Assembly (NCBI GenBank): GCA_964658305.1
Contig: OZ210885.1
Coordinates: 17,794,001 to 17,858,000, forward strand
DNA length: 64,000 bases
Source of the DNA: Leptogorgia sarmentosa
Lineage: Eukaryota
Reading direction: 5' to 3'
Within the stretch, counting starts at the first letter, position 1. The number at the start of each line of letters is the position of its first letter. The translations under genes and the position numbers were made by a program. Positions 35,446-49,500 of this stretch are shown here, one piece after another. Below the pieces are notes generated by a model. The model worked only from the letters and a program-made list of their open reading frames with translations. It ran no database searches and was not told the DNA's origin.

Positions 35446-38260
35446 CCTTTCCCCGTTAAAAAAAATTTTTTTTTTTTTTTCAAGTAACTAAAATTATAAT
35501 ATAAAGTTCAAGTAAATGTTGTTATGAACATGTTTCCAACCAAACCTGAGAATACTAAATTATAATTACTGTTTGTCAAAGATTAAGTGTCACCGTATAT
35601 AATCTTTAAATCTTTCTGGTGATTTACGAATTCTTGTTGAACGACGTAGGGGTGCCGGCTGTGTTTCCACTGCTGGTGATGGCAGCGCCGTTACTTGTTC
35701 CTCAGTTGTCTGTATAAGTGGTGGAGTCGGTAATGGTGGAACGGTTTCGTCTGGAAGGGATATAATTTCTAATTCAGTTTCGTCTGGAAGGGATATAATT
35801 TCTAATTCTTCCTGCTTCATATTGTTAAAAGCCTGCGGTGTGACTTCAGCTTTATGGAGTTGTTTATGGTTTCGTTGAATTAGTCCAACAGCCGTATTTA
35901 CGACACACGATCGGTGGCCACGATTTTTCACAACTTTCCCATATAGCCAAGGCTCATGTTTATTTTTCGGATCTGGTTTCACGAAGACTTGGTCATTTGG
36001 CGAGAACGATTCTAAAAAATGGGGTGATGCTCTTTTGTCATACTGGTGCTTGGACCGGGCTCTCCTGGACATAATATCATTCACGACTTCATTCCTGGAA
36101 ACAGGATGTGGCTTAAGTTGTCGTGGTATTGACACAGTGATATCGCGTAGTTTCCGATTCATGAGCCTCTGAGCAGGTGAGAACTTGTGGCCCTGTTGTC
36201 AAGTATTCCTATATGCCAGCAATGCCAGGTAGGGATCTTTGTGTCGTGCTTTCTTTAATATATTTTTCGCTACCTTTACTGCAGATTCTGCCTTTCTGTT
36301 GCCTTTGCTGTGATAAGGCGATGACTTAACGGGCTCGAATCCATATTCACTGGCAAATTGCTTGTACTCATGACTGTCGAACTGTGGACCATTGTCACTA
36401 ACACATGTACGGGGAATTCCTACTTTGGCAAAGTTCTTTTTCATAGCGTTAACAACTGCCGTTGTTGACGTATTCCTTAGCCAATCAATTTCTATAAAAT
36501 CACTGTAATGATCAACAGTTACCAAGTACGTTTTACCATTCAATTGGAATAGATCAACACTTATTCGTTCCCATGGAAGTGTGGGAATCTCCTGAGATTT
36601 ATCGGTTCGGTTGGTCGTTCAGATTTGTACTGGGCGCATAGTCCACATGACGAACAGGTTTGACGTATTGCCGTTGACATACCTGGCCAGAATAAAGTTT
36701 CTCGGGCTCTCCTTATACTGCTATCTGCACCTTGATGAGCTTTATGAATCTTGTTTAACATCTCTTGTCGCATTGAAGACGGGATGATTACTTGGTGAGA
36801 CTTCAAGAGTACGCCATTGTCAATAGAAATCTCATCTCTGAAAGACCAATAGGGCCGAAGGTCTGCAGGTAGCGATGCTCTATCTAACGGCCATCCTTTC
36901 AGTACTCTCTCATATAAGGACTTCAACGTTGCGTCTCGTTCTACTTCTTCTTTCAGTCGCTCCAAGGTGACATTAGACAAATTAGGTGGTTTCAGGTCCA
37001 TCAATGATAATTCCATGCGAAAGACTTCTTCTTCATTTGTCCCCGTTGCCGTGGGATTTGTTAAAGCTGCTCGAGACAGAGTATCAGCTATATACATCTC
37101 CTTCCCTTTTTTGTACTGGACTGAGAAATGGTACTGTTGTAACTTTAGCATCATACGTTGAAGTCGTCTAGGTGCTTTACTTTACGGTTTTCTGAAGATT
37201 GTTTCTAGTGGCTGGTGATCTGTGTAAACAAGAATGTCCTTCTTCCCATAAAGGTATTGGTGCCATTTGATCATACAAGTAACGATAGCCAGACACTCCT
37301 TTTCAATCTGCGCATAGTTTCTTTCCGTTGAATCCAGAGTATGCGATGTAAAACAAACTGGCTTCCCGTTCTGAAGTAAAACCCCGCCAATTGCTTCATC
37401 TGACGCATCTACTTGCAAGATTACAGGTAGCGTGACATCATAGTACTGTAGAATAGTGCTGGATGCAATGAGATCTTTCGCTGACTTAAAAGCGCTTTCA
37501 TGTACATCTGTCCATATGAATTCTACGTTGACTCTAGTTAGATCTCGCAATGGTAAGACGATCTTACTTAGCTTTGGGCAAAACTTGGACAAATATTGGC
37601 ACATTCCCAAGAAACGTTGAACTCTGTTTCTGTCGACAGGCTTTGGCATCTCTTGTATGGCACTTACTTTGGAAGGGTCAGGAGCAACGCCTTTGTCAGT
37701 GAGAACGTGTCCCATCAAAGAGACCGAAGTTGCTTTGAATTGGATTTTTTTCTTCTGATAATCGCAAATCTTGTTCGTGACATCGATTCAGTAATTCAAT
37801 TAGGTTCTTATCATGATCTTTACTTGCTTCTTCGTCTGTATCTCCGCATCCAAAAATGCAAATGTCATCAGCGATATTTATGACGCCCTCCAAACCCTCC
37901 AAAAATTCTCGCTGTCTTCGTTGGTATTCTTCCGGACCAGAGGAGATTCCAAAAGGCATACGCAGATATCTATAGCGTCCATTTGGGCCTTGGAATGTTG
38001 TGAGTAGAGACGACGGTTCATCTAAAACTACATTGTGGAACGCCTCCGACACGTCAACAATTGTGAATACTTTTGCCTTAGTAAGAAGTGGAAGCTTTTC
38101 TTCGATAGTTGGAATGGTGTAGATTGGACGCTTTATTGCTTTATTTATTGTCTGGCTTGGATCAATGCATATCCGGAGTTTCCCATTAGGCTTTTCTTTT
38201 ATCAACATGTTTGATAACCAATTCGTTGGCTGTGCGACTGGAGCTATGACACCTTCTTCA

Positions 38261-39545
38261 AGTGCCTCTAACACAATTTTTTTTTTAGCAATTTTGAAAG
38301 TTTATATATTTTCAAGCATAACTGTCCAAACAAGAATGATTTTTATAAAATAGTCTCGTTTTTACAGCGATTTGAACACCGTATATTTGCGTGTTAACGT
38401 GGATCACTTCCGCGAGCATAATAAGACTGGAACGAGCAAATTTCGTGACGTCATGCAAGGTGGTATAAGTATGCACACAATCCCTTATTTTAACGACGAC
38501 CAGCCCTAACTAAGAGACGAAAAATATGTGTAAGACGGCCGGTACGGTCAGGTTCGCACACGATACGAGTGAGTTTTACAAAGAAATTTAATAATCGACA
38601 ATAGCAACAACACACGATACAATACAAGTATTTAAAAAACGGGCACGAGTAACGCTAATATAACAAAAAGATAAAAAACTAAATATAGATAGAAGTTATA
38701 ACTAATGTGACTACTATGACACAACAATATTAAGCAAATATCAAATTAACTAAGCGCAAAGGTCAATATGTCGCAAAATATACAATGAATTGAAATACAA
38801 TGTTATGACTATTGCCATCAATGCAACACTACACAGAAGCTATAATATCTTAGCATAAAGCTGCGTGAAATATATATGGACGGCACATGAATATATATTA
38901 CGAGTATAGTATGACTATATATGATAATTACCCAATGTTATCCGAGGCTTGAGTAAGACATACCCATATTATACGCGCTCCGGCCCTTGATAGTTAGCTT
39001 GAGCCGTGAGCTTGATAAGCAAGTAACTCTCTCGGTTCAGTGCGCTTAATTTATAGCAGCAGTTAGGGTGTTAACCTACTACAAACTAAACCAAATAACG
39101 CTACAGGATGGGAAAACCACAACAGCTAAAATGCGCTGAATCAAGGTAACTGGGTTGCATCCTCTATCATATATTGGGGAATGAAGTTGTCGTTTGTGTC
39201 GTCAGACGGACAGCTCACTTCTGAATCTGCCTCACTGCTGCTCAAGATCTTTTAAAACGATTCAAATTTATCCAAAACCAAAGAAATGCTAGTCAAACAG
39301 ATTATAATATGTGATTCAGATTGATTCGCGCAATATCAAAGCAAAACACCGACTACCTTGCGTGACGTCAAAAAAGTGCACTATTCCCAGGCTTCCAAAA
39401 CGACGGTACTGGTCCACAAAATTTCATATTCAACATGCAATAAAATCCGCAATATTTTATGAAATTAAAAATTTTTTTCACTAGAGCATTATATTGTATT
39501 ATATCTTTCAATACAGTCGATAAAAAAAATTGTGTTAGTGGCACT
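38261..39545. mobile_element. Non-autonomous Kolobok-type element inside Gypsy RT
   Basis: TSD TTCA at 38257-38260 and 39546-39549. TIR AGTGCC(T/A)CTAACACAATTTTTTT. Removal restores LEKLCE|EGVIAPV. Confidence 0.85.
38529..39105 (-). repeat. Probable solo LTR (577 bp)
   Basis: TGTA...TACA ends. Minus strand has TATAAAT near its 5' end and ATTAAA near its 3' end. Flanks ATATG/GGATG match only partly. Confidence 0.45.
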
Positions 39546-41128
39546 TTCACAAAGCTTTTCTAATGCTTCATTAACTCTCTGCACTTTTGCAACGGGTATA
39601 CGTCTTCGAGGAGCATGTACTGGTCGAATATCGGGATCCATCTCGATATGCATGGGTGCACCCAACGGATTTCCTCTTCCTGGTTGGAATACTTTCTGAT
39701 AATGCTGTAGAACAAATTCTTTTGTTAATTTCCGCAATTGTGGGACTTTGCTTTCTCGATTTGTTTCATTAGATGCTGGACTTTGGGCGTTTACAGAATG
39801 AATCTCATCTGCATGAATATCCAAGTATCCCAGGGTTTGTGCGTCTCGACCACTTAACAAGGGGGGCTTTCCACTAGGTACATCGACTACCAGGAAATCT
39901 AGTAGATGCAATCTTTTTTTTCTTTCGCAGCAGAAAGTCACTTTGCCCTTTGGTTTGATCCTTTGATCTCCATACGTCTGTATCGCGGCTTTGGTTTTTT
40001 TCAATTCTAATGTTGGAAAGCGGTTATGTAGAGTATTCGAAGGAATAGTATTGCACATTGACGCTGAATCGATTTGCGCTTTGATAACCTTTGATCGATT
40101 GGTTTCGACAATGTTCAAGTATGCACAAAATTTTCGTCCATTTGCATTGTCTTGTTTGTTAAAATCGTGATCTGTCATGAATAATTCTTCATTTACATGA
40201 CTATCTTCGACTTCAATTTGATTTGCATACTGTCGTTGTTGTTGCATATATGATTTTCGACCCTCGACGCTTCCAGGGACGTTTCCCACGTTTCTACAAG
40301 CTCTGGCAAAGTGTCCGAGAGTTCCACATTTGTTACATTTTTTCGAATATGCTGGGCAAAATCGCTGACGGGGTTGCCTGTGTTGGCCACTACACCAAGC
40401 ACACTGGTCACAGCTCGATTGCTTTTGTTTTGTATTGTTGCTGTAATTGACTTGTCCGCACACTGTTTCTCTGGCCGTTTTCATAAGTTGATTTGTCGCT
40501 GTCGTTGCTTCAAATGTTTTAGCAACTTCGACCACTCCTCGCAGGGTGACTTTTGCTCGTTCACCGTCTTTATGTCTGTGTCCTTTTCCGATCAGCTTAA
40601 CACGGAGTTGTTTCGATGTTAAGCCTGATATGAACTGGTCTCGCATGAGTTCGTCTTCAAAAATCTCGTATTCGCACTGAGCTCTCTGATTCCGTATACG
40701 AGACTCCCATGAACTTATGGATTCACCGTCTTGCTGCAGTAAGCGAAGAAACTTTTGCCTTTCCCCCGAAACTCCAATACTTGCGCCGTAATATTCTCGC
40801 AACGCTTGAAGTACTGTATGAGGCTTCTTTTGCTCTGTTTCACTCTGACCTAAACTATTTATATACTGTTCTTGCTGATGGTGTGAGACACGCTCGAAGG
40901 CAAGCTATTGCTTTGTCCGTTTTTATCCATTTCTCTTCTTCCGTTGACTTCGACGGGTCATACCAACTATTTAGCGTACAGTAGTCTTTTAAATCTTCTT
41001 CAAAGATCTCCATATCCCGCTTGTCGTCTCCGGTACTTCTGAATACTGGAAATGGCAAATTCATCGCCATTATTTGATGTTTAGGTTACGAGATGTTAGA
41101 CGTATGATATATTATATATTTGTCTAAA

Positions 41129-41146
41129 ATCCCACCGCTGCCACCA
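41129..41146 (-). promoter_or_regulatory. Primer-binding site, tRNA-Leu
   Basis: Minus strand TGGTGGCAGCGGTGGGAT directly abutting the 5' LTR. Confidence 0.85.
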
Positions 41147-41257
41147 TGTTAATCTTGCTTTATTAAAGGTGTAACCAAGTGACTAACTACATAATAATAA
41201 CCTACTCTATTTATACTACAAACATAATTAGCATATATGTTAATGTCCCTATCAACA
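41147..41257 (-). repeat. Gypsy 5' LTR
   Basis: Matches 35335-35445 at 110 of 111 positions. Confidence 0.95.
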
Positions 41258-43004
41258 GTGTGACCTTCTGGACTGACTCCACCATTGTGCTTCGTTATAT
41301 CCAAAACAAATCAAAAAGGTTCCAAACCTTTGTCGCCAACAGGCTGCAGATAATCCATGATGCATCTTCACCACATCAGTGGCGGCATGTACCAACTAAA
41401 CTGAATCCTGCGGACCTCACGTCCAGGGGTATGAGCGTCGGGAGTAAGAACCAAAACCAGTGCAACTTGAAATTGTGGTTTCCGTGGTCTAAACTTCCTG
41501 TGGCAGGATTACCAATCGTGGCCGAAACAACTGATCGATCTACCTGATGTAGATGAGACGGATCAGGAAGTGAAGAGAATCAAAGTGAATGTAGGAGCTG
41601 TCTCCACGACAAAAAACGCTATTCCTGAGTTATTAAGTCGTCTCATTCATCGTTCATCGTGCTGGTACCGATTACGCAAGTCAGTTGCATGGTTATTAAG
41701 ATTCAGACAGTACATACTATTCCGGTTCGGAAAGATGACTGAACGAGAACTACGATGTGGTCCCTTGGTCGTTGAAGAAATTGATCTGGCCGCCAAGGAA
41801 ATTGTGAAAATCACCCAACTAGATGCATCAATCACTGAGCAGACCGCCGACGATAGGTTAGCTAAGCTGAATCCAGTTATTAACAACGGAATACTAAGAG
41901 TTGGAGGCCGCCTCGAAAAGTCACCTTTATCAGAAGAGCAAAAACATCCTGCCATTCTTCCGTCCACTCACCACGTCACGTCACTTGTCATTCATTATTA
42001 TCATGAGAAAAGAAGGCCACGCTGGGGCAAATCAAACACTCGCGGCGATTCGGGAAGCGTACTGGATCGTAAAGGGACCGAGCACAGTAAAGATAATCAT
42101 TGGTCAGTGTATCGTGTGTTGCCGACGAAACCAACCCCCAGGCAAGCAAATTATGGCTCACCTCCCGGCAGCTCGAGTGACACCAGGCTCGCCGCCATTT
42201 TCTGCTGTGGGAGTCGATTACTTTGGCCGCTCAAAGTAAAGTACAGGAGAGGAACTGTAAAACGCTACGGTTGCGTTTTTACGTTTCTTGGCATAAGGGC
42301 TGTGCATATAGAGATTGCTCAGGACCTCTCGACAGACTCGTTCATTCAGGCAGTATGTAGATTTGTGAGCAGGCGTGGTGCACCCAAAGAGTTGTTCAGT
42401 GACAACGGAACAAATTTTCGAGGGGCAGAAGTCGAAGTAAAGCGGATGTTGCAAGATTGGAATCAAGCTAAGATATTGGACCGTCTCAGGGAGAAAGGCA
42501 TACAATGGCATTTCTCGGCACCGTATGCAAGCCACACCGGAGGGGTATGGGAGCGCATGATTCGGACGATCAGGAATAACATGCGGGCCTTAATTGGAGA
42601 ATGACTAGTAGACGATGAGACGGAACTCTAATTAAGCAACTCTAGGCGCAGGAGGGTGAATACATCAAGTTTGAAAAAGTTATAAAGTTTGATACTTGAA
42701 TATTTACAAACAAACTACATATTACACATATATATAAGTAAAGTTACTTATCCATTATACTAAATTAGTAGGTGCTTTGTTTTGTGATAACTGTCGCCGA
42801 TCAATCTTAGTGTTTTACGAACTCTGGTCACTTTGCTTACCTCTATACTATCAAAACGTAATTTTCACAAAATAAACCAGTCCCAAACCATAAATCTGAC
42901 CTTAACCGTAGCATTCTAACCCTCGCCACTAAAAACAATTTGAGTGAGTAAGAAAAAATCGACTTGGGACGTTGGCGAAATAGTCAAATATAAGTCATTT
43001 GTAT

Positions 43005-43051
43005 GGGGCCGTTTTGACTTGGGGCCGTTTTGACTTGGGGTCGTTTTGACT
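43005..43051 (+). repeat. Three tandem 16-bp units GGGG(C/T)CGTTTTGACTT
   Basis: Directly visible. Resembles subterminal arrays of non-autonomous DNA transposons. Confidence 0.8.
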
Positions 43052-45252
43052 GGCACCTTCACGCTTTGCCTTATAATATAGTATTGCATCATCATGAGAG
43101 ACATGAGCCTGAAAAAGTAAAGTATTTTGGCCAAAAGTAAAACTAACCTTTACTAGGCAGGGGAATGACCGAATATTTATATGACATGAAAATTGTAATT
43201 TAATATAAATGAATATTCATTCCTGCCCTCAATTTTATGTATGACTAGTTACTTTCCACTGTGCACAGACATTCTCGACAGTACCACTTTTCTTGGCATG
43301 GGATTGTCGTCAAGTGTTCACATTCCCTGTTACAAAAAATTGAAAAAATTCAATTTCCAAAAATGCTAGGTGTAAAAACAACAAAAGTCATTTAGTTGCC
43401 AACAGCACATGTAAAGTAGAATTTACTCACAAGTGGTACCATCCATCACAAGAATCACATTGCACCCACTGATGGGACCAATTCTTTTTTCTTGGGCTTG
43501 TTCGTCCGCATTTGTTGCACCGGTCACCATTGGTCTTTTCTGTTCTGCCTGTTGGAGTGGTATAGAATTGGTGCTTGATATATTGGTGCAAGAGTGATAA
43601 GAGTAATACTATGTTCTCTGATAAGAGAACATAGTAAGTTAAAATACAAAAGAAAACATTACAACCTAGCTGGGAGGTCAGACATACTTTTTTTGGGAAG
43701 GACACCAATAGCCCCATCAACAAAGAGCTTCTTTCGTGAGCCTATAATAGAGCATAGTATTATTGTATATTAGGTACATTTTGCTGTATATCATAAGTAT
43801 GTTGATTTAAGATTGTGCTTTAGCTAGCTTACACTAAATTTACATTATGATTGAGTTTCATTTTGGCTATTGGGAATAAGTGTATAATATGTATAACATG
43901 CAGTAATAACACACATACTGCAATCAGATGTAGAAGGAATCCCATGTGTCTGTGGTGCTACTGATTTTCCAGATTCATCAGACTCTTCACTTGATTTTGG
44001 ACCAGACTCGCCATCACTAGAGTCTTCATCAAGGTCTTCTGCAGGCACCTGTAGTTGGTGTTTCATGGCGGCGTTAAAACCCTATTGTAAATATTAAGTA
44101 AACATAAACATATATTGTATTGTTTTGTAGTACTCAAGTCAAAACCAAATTGCATCAAGACCAAATCTGCTAATGCTCTGATTTTAGTTACATTTCTGTT
44201 ATTCCTACATATATATGTTGTTTAATTTTATACCTTTCTAAATGATGCCTTTGTTCTAGGTGTGGCTTGATTGAACCAGCTTTTGGTATTAGGAGTAAGA
44301 TTCTATAACATATAATATCATAAATTAAAGGTAATTAATATACAAGACTATTTCAAATATTGTACGTAATGGTTAATTTTGTCCTCGTAAAATGTCACTG
44401 TAATCATGGCCAATAATTTACTAACGTTTTTGATATTATCTTTTAGTTGATCAGCATTGTGTGGCAAATTAGTCATCTTCTCATCGATATATTCTATATT
44501 AAAGGTAGAAGAGATTTATTAAAATGTAATTAGCAATTCAATTTTTTCAGCCATCATCAGACAACCTAATCGTATGTTCCTCATAATCATTCATATTCCA
44601 TTTCAATCTATTGTCTCATATGTATTTTTATTTTGTTTATTATTTTTTACTCTATCTCTAATACAATGTATACCTTTTGCATAGTTCAACAGATCCTTCT
44701 CCATTAGTTCGATAGATTCCAACTCATTCTGTGTCAGTTCATGCTCAGTCACCACCTCACATTCTGGATCAGTCGCTTCCAAATCAGTATTTTTACATAT
44801 GTTTGTACCACAAATTTCTAATGGTCAGATATGAAAAATATTTGAACAATGGAGATGCATGAAGTAATCCTACAGGAATTCCATGTGCATTTGTGAGTAC
44901 CCCGTAGGTGAAAAGACTCTGGTTAAATTTTGAATAATGAAGTTGATTCCTAGTTTTATAACCATCAATTTTCACAAGTGTCTGATTTGTCAACATTTGT
45001 GTTGGTATTTTCAAGCCACTTGTGTTGCTACACTTGGTGCTTCTTGACTTGAGCTCCTCAAGAGAACACTCGCCACTAGTTTTAGCAAAATAAATTGAGC
45101 CACTTTTCACTGTTATGTTCTCTTCTTTTAGCTTCTGTGACAGCTCCTAAAATAATGGTAACAATAGAACAAAGCGCATTAGTTCAAAATGCCATCATGA
45201 TAATTATGTATTCACATTTAGGACTCAAGGTAAGATACAGATTGCTTACATA

Positions 45253-45643
45253 CTGTAAATGCTCTAATAAACGCCTGGGGCATTAATAAATTTTAGCGGT
45301 TCTAGGGGGGTGTTTAATAGATATGAGGCGCTTAATAGAGAGAGGCGTTTATTTCATCTCTATAACTTTACTGCTAAACAAAACCAAACAAAAACTTATT
45401 AAGACTCGTATTTTTCTAAGACTATAACATGTATAGTTTCTGATCCCAATTGATATCCCAGTTTATTGTGGTAATGATAATGGTATTGTGGTTAGTGTTA
45501 CTCTGTGTAGCGTTTCCTTTATAATTGCTTTAAGCCTTAAGGCGATTTGGGGGGCGTCTATTAGATACAGGGCGTCTAATAGAGGGAGGCGTCTAATACA
45601 AACCTACCCATTAGTGGGGGGGCGTTAATTAGAGCATTTATAG
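45253..45643. mobile_element. Tc1/mariner (pogo-like) MITE
   Basis: TA TSD, TIR CT(G/A)TAAATGCTCTAAT(A/T)AACGCC, internal GGCG..TAATAGAG repeats. Confidence 0.8.
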
Positions 45644-46558
45644 TATATAATTAATTTGCTCAGAATTACTGTAACAAAAGATTATTTTCAACTGATGTTC
45701 AATACCTTGATTGACACTTGTGTGAAGGTTTTGACCACAGATGATTTTAGGCCAATTGCAGGAACATAACTTTCTCCTTTCAGCACTGTTACCATTGGAT
45801 TCATCCATGTCAGTGCCTAAGTGTGACATGAAAAATTATAATTTGTTAGAACTTGTCTATAAACAATAACGATATTTTGAAGTTACATGTGATGGCAATT
45901 GTTATTGATACGACAGTACACCAAACTTTCACAAATTTACAGAACTACCTACAGTATTGTGTGTATCTGTACATACTCTAATTGTATGTATTTTACTGTC
46001 ATGTTATACCTACATTTGTTTCAGGTGATGATAGCTTGGAAACTATGGTCCACTCCAACCTTTCCAATATATCAGTACCCTCATTCTGTTGGTTTTGGCT
46101 TGCAATCGTTTCAATGAGGTGTGTGTTTGCAGGCAAGCCAACTGTACTTTGAAACTAGTAATATATAATATATAGTACATTGCTGCCTAAAAGGTTTCCA
46201 TGTGTAAATATTTTGTGTTAAGTCATACTGTCATTCTCATTCTGCACTATTGGTATGATCATTATTGAAATGACATAAAATGATGAAATTTAGCAATGTT
46301 TTCTTGATTAGGAAACTGATCAATATTTATATAATTGTTTGATATATTTTGAATCTGAGGTACATACTTTGCAATTTCATTGAATTGTTTAAAAATTAAA
46401 AATAATTACTGCATGTGTGTAAGTCATCACTGGTATCTACTCACAATTGCATTTGTTGTTAAAACACCACTCATTCCTTTGCACCATCGATTCTGCACAC
46501 TTTGGGGGAATATGCGTCGTATGATGTCATAAATGCAGTCATAAACAACTAAGTAGTG

Positions 46559-49500
46559 TGTAATAAACTCTCGAAATAACGAAGGAAAACAGTCTAAAAT
46601 TGTCGTATATATTGACGAAAAACACAAAATTACAAATCTCAAAAGCACATGCAAAAAAACATCACGTGACAATACGTCACAACGATACAATATTCGAATC
46701 TAACATGAAGTTCCCAATATAAATAACCAAACAATAAATCGTTCACAACACTCCCCCGGGTTGACACTTTCCAAGTGTTCAACAATTCATATCAGCATAC
46801 ATTCGTTTTAACTCTCCGACTACAGCCGCCTCTCGCCGCGGTCTTTTTCGACTTGTTTCCGGCACTGCTGCTTCGTTCGACTCGTTGCGATCATCATTAC
46901 GCACATTACTATCTTGTTCTTCAGCTCGAACTTCAATCGGGATAAGGTGCTGTATAGGTCTTCGTAATCGCTGAAGTTGATCACCTTTACCACCCACGAC
47001 TCTTACGACTGCTGCGCGTACTGTACTACGTTGTCATCTCCCCGTAAAAGATGCTCTACCATAGCCAATTTCTAAAAATTGCGATTTGTCTTATCGTTTT
47101 TAATAATAACAATGTCTCCAACTGAAATAGAATCATTCTTTCCCTTTGAATTGCACACTGACTGTTCACGTAAATTCAACAGATACTCTTTGCGCCATCG
47201 ATTTGTAAATTGTTGCATAACGTTTCGCTGATGACGAGCCCTTCTCGTTAAAGATCGATTCGTACTCTGGATTTCATAGACTTCGTCATTTGGCATTGAT
47301 GTAAGACGACGTCCGTACAACAGATTTGATGGAGATAACGCGTGCGAAATACTCTCTTGATCGTCGAACACGTAGGTGATGGGTCTAGCGTTTATAAGAC
47401 TTTCGATTTCTATAATAATCGTGTTCAGTTCGTCGTAGGTTAAGCTCGATCGTCCGAGTACCTTCTTTAGGGGGCGTTTGACACTTCTTACGAGGCGCTC
47501 CCAAAACCCGCCCCACCACGGGGCCTTCTCCACTATGAAAGACCATGTGATTCGATTGTTCGTCAAATAGGTGGTGACTTCAGGTGCTCGACTTAGTTTT
47601 GTAATTTCCTTGGACGCGGCCCGGAACGTTTTTGCATTGTCCGACAGCAAACACGAAGGTAGACCTCTCCTTCCGACAAATCTTCGAAATGCACGCAGAA
47701 ACGACGGAACGTCCAAAGACGGAGTGATCTCTAGATGCACTCCTCTCGTAGACGCACACGTAAATAATAATATGTAAACCTTATCGTTCGATAAACTGTC
47801 CGTTCCATGCTTTCGAATATACAGGGGTCCAACAAAGTCAAGCCCTGTATTCACAAACAGCGGGGCGTCGGACACACGTTCTGGAGGAAGATCTGGAGAA
47901 GGTGGTGTAGCAAATGCGACTCCTTCTGCCCTTCGACATACAACGCATCGTTTCAGAATTCGTTTAACAGCTTGTCGTCATCGCAGAACCCAAAAGCGTT
48001 CTCGGATGGTTGTGAGTGTGTCCCTTATTCCGCTGTGCTTAACGTGAGTATGGGTATCACGAATGATAAGATCAACAAATGGATGTTTAGATGGGAGTAA
48101 TATCGGATGCTTGCTGTCATACTCTAGATTTGCATGTTCGATCCTTCCTTTACATCTTACTATTTGGGTTTCGTCAAGAAAAAGACCAAACTGACACACT
48201 CGATTCGGTGGTAATCGTTGACTGGCGTATGTGAAAAATTCTAACTCGTTCGTAAATGAATCGTTCTGTATCGACCTGATCCAAACGCCTTCCGCTCTGC
48301 TGATTTCATTAGCCGTTAACACGTTCAATATCCTTTTTGTGGATTTTCTTGGGCACTTCACTCGGTCGATAAAACGCAACACATAAGCAGTTACTCGAAA
48401 AAGCTTCGTCAGGTCGCTGAAATCGTCACAGTTTATGAGCTCAGAAATATTAGGTGGTGTCGAATTGTCCTTGGTGATGAGGGTGTGTGTTGGTAAGGTA
48501 GGACGTTTCACTGTCTCTTGAAGGGCGATTTCATTCGATTCCGCATTGTGTGACGTTGGCCACTCGGTTTCGGGAAGGTAGAGGAATGCGGGACCATTCC
48601 ACCAGGTATGACTCTTTACGAGCTTGCTCGCCTTGATTCCACGCGACGGCAGATCTGCGGGGTTCATCGATCCTGGACAAAATCTCCACGATTCTTTTGA
48701 TGTTAATTTCTGGATCTCTTGCACTCGATGCAACACGTACTGCTTCCAGAATTTATTGCTTGTTACCCAACACAACACGACCATCGAGTCCGTCCAATTG
48801 AAAGATTTTATTTCCTTGAATTCGCTTCGAAGACACTGAAGTACTGTGTCGACAAGTCTAGCTAAGACCGTAGCGCCGAGCAATTCCAGTCAAGGAATGG
48901 ACTGCCCCTTAATGGGGGCGACTCTTCCCTTTGAAGCAACCAGCCTTAATTCAACGTGTCCGTCCTCATAAACAGATCTGAGATACAGGACAGCAGCAAA
49001 GGCTGCCTTCGACGCATCGCTGAATCCGTGCAATTGGATGCTGGAGGGCTCTGCCGACGATTGAAAATAACACCGTCTTATTCGAACATCGTTTAACGAC
49101 ATCAGCTCAGTTAAGATTGACTTCCATTTTGTCTTGAGATCATTCGATAGAGGGTCGTCCCAACCGGACGTCTCGGAACACAGTTCCTGGAATAATATCT
49201 TCATCTTTACAGTGAAAGGAGCTAATAACCCCAGTGGGTCGAAAATCTTCGAGGATAATTTCAATACCCATCGTTTTGTAAACGGCAACGTACGAGAATA
49301 GTCTACTATGCTCGATAGGTCGAACAGAAACTCCTCCGAATCCATATCCCAGATGCTTCCGAGGACCTTGGCACACTTGTCTCTGGATACATTAGAATCG
49401 GGGTTGGTGGTTGCCTTTGCATAGGAGAGGGATTCGTCCGTAACTGCGGGAGAATGGCGCTTCTGTGTCGATTCGAATGTAGTCTCTGCCTTCTTAATGG

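Larger units (their letters stand above)
35335..41257 (-). mobile_element. Full-length Ty3/Gypsy LTR retrotransposon (decayed)
   Basis: 4-bp TSD GTGT at 35331-35334 and 41258-41261. 111-bp LTRs. PBS and PPT present. Order gag (CCHC), protease IDSAS, RT IADD, RNase H VDAS, integrase VDHYS/SDNGPQF/AESAV. Confidence 0.95.
25392..42622 (+). mobile_element. BEL/Pao LTR retrotransposon (#2), interrupted by Academ and Gypsy, truncated in integrase
   Basis: Gag from ~25737, protease YAFLDSGS, RT continuous across the Academ ([16 protein letters not shown]), RNase H continuous across the Gypsy (PIHRV|TFWTDS), integrase GVDYFG/FSDNGTNF/GGVWERMI. Candidate 5' LTR TG..CA at 25392-25541 is tentative. Confidence 0.9.

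Noticed and set aside
43005..43051. CRISPR-like repeats
   Set aside because: The units are contiguous with no spacers, there are no cas genes, and the context is eukaryotic.
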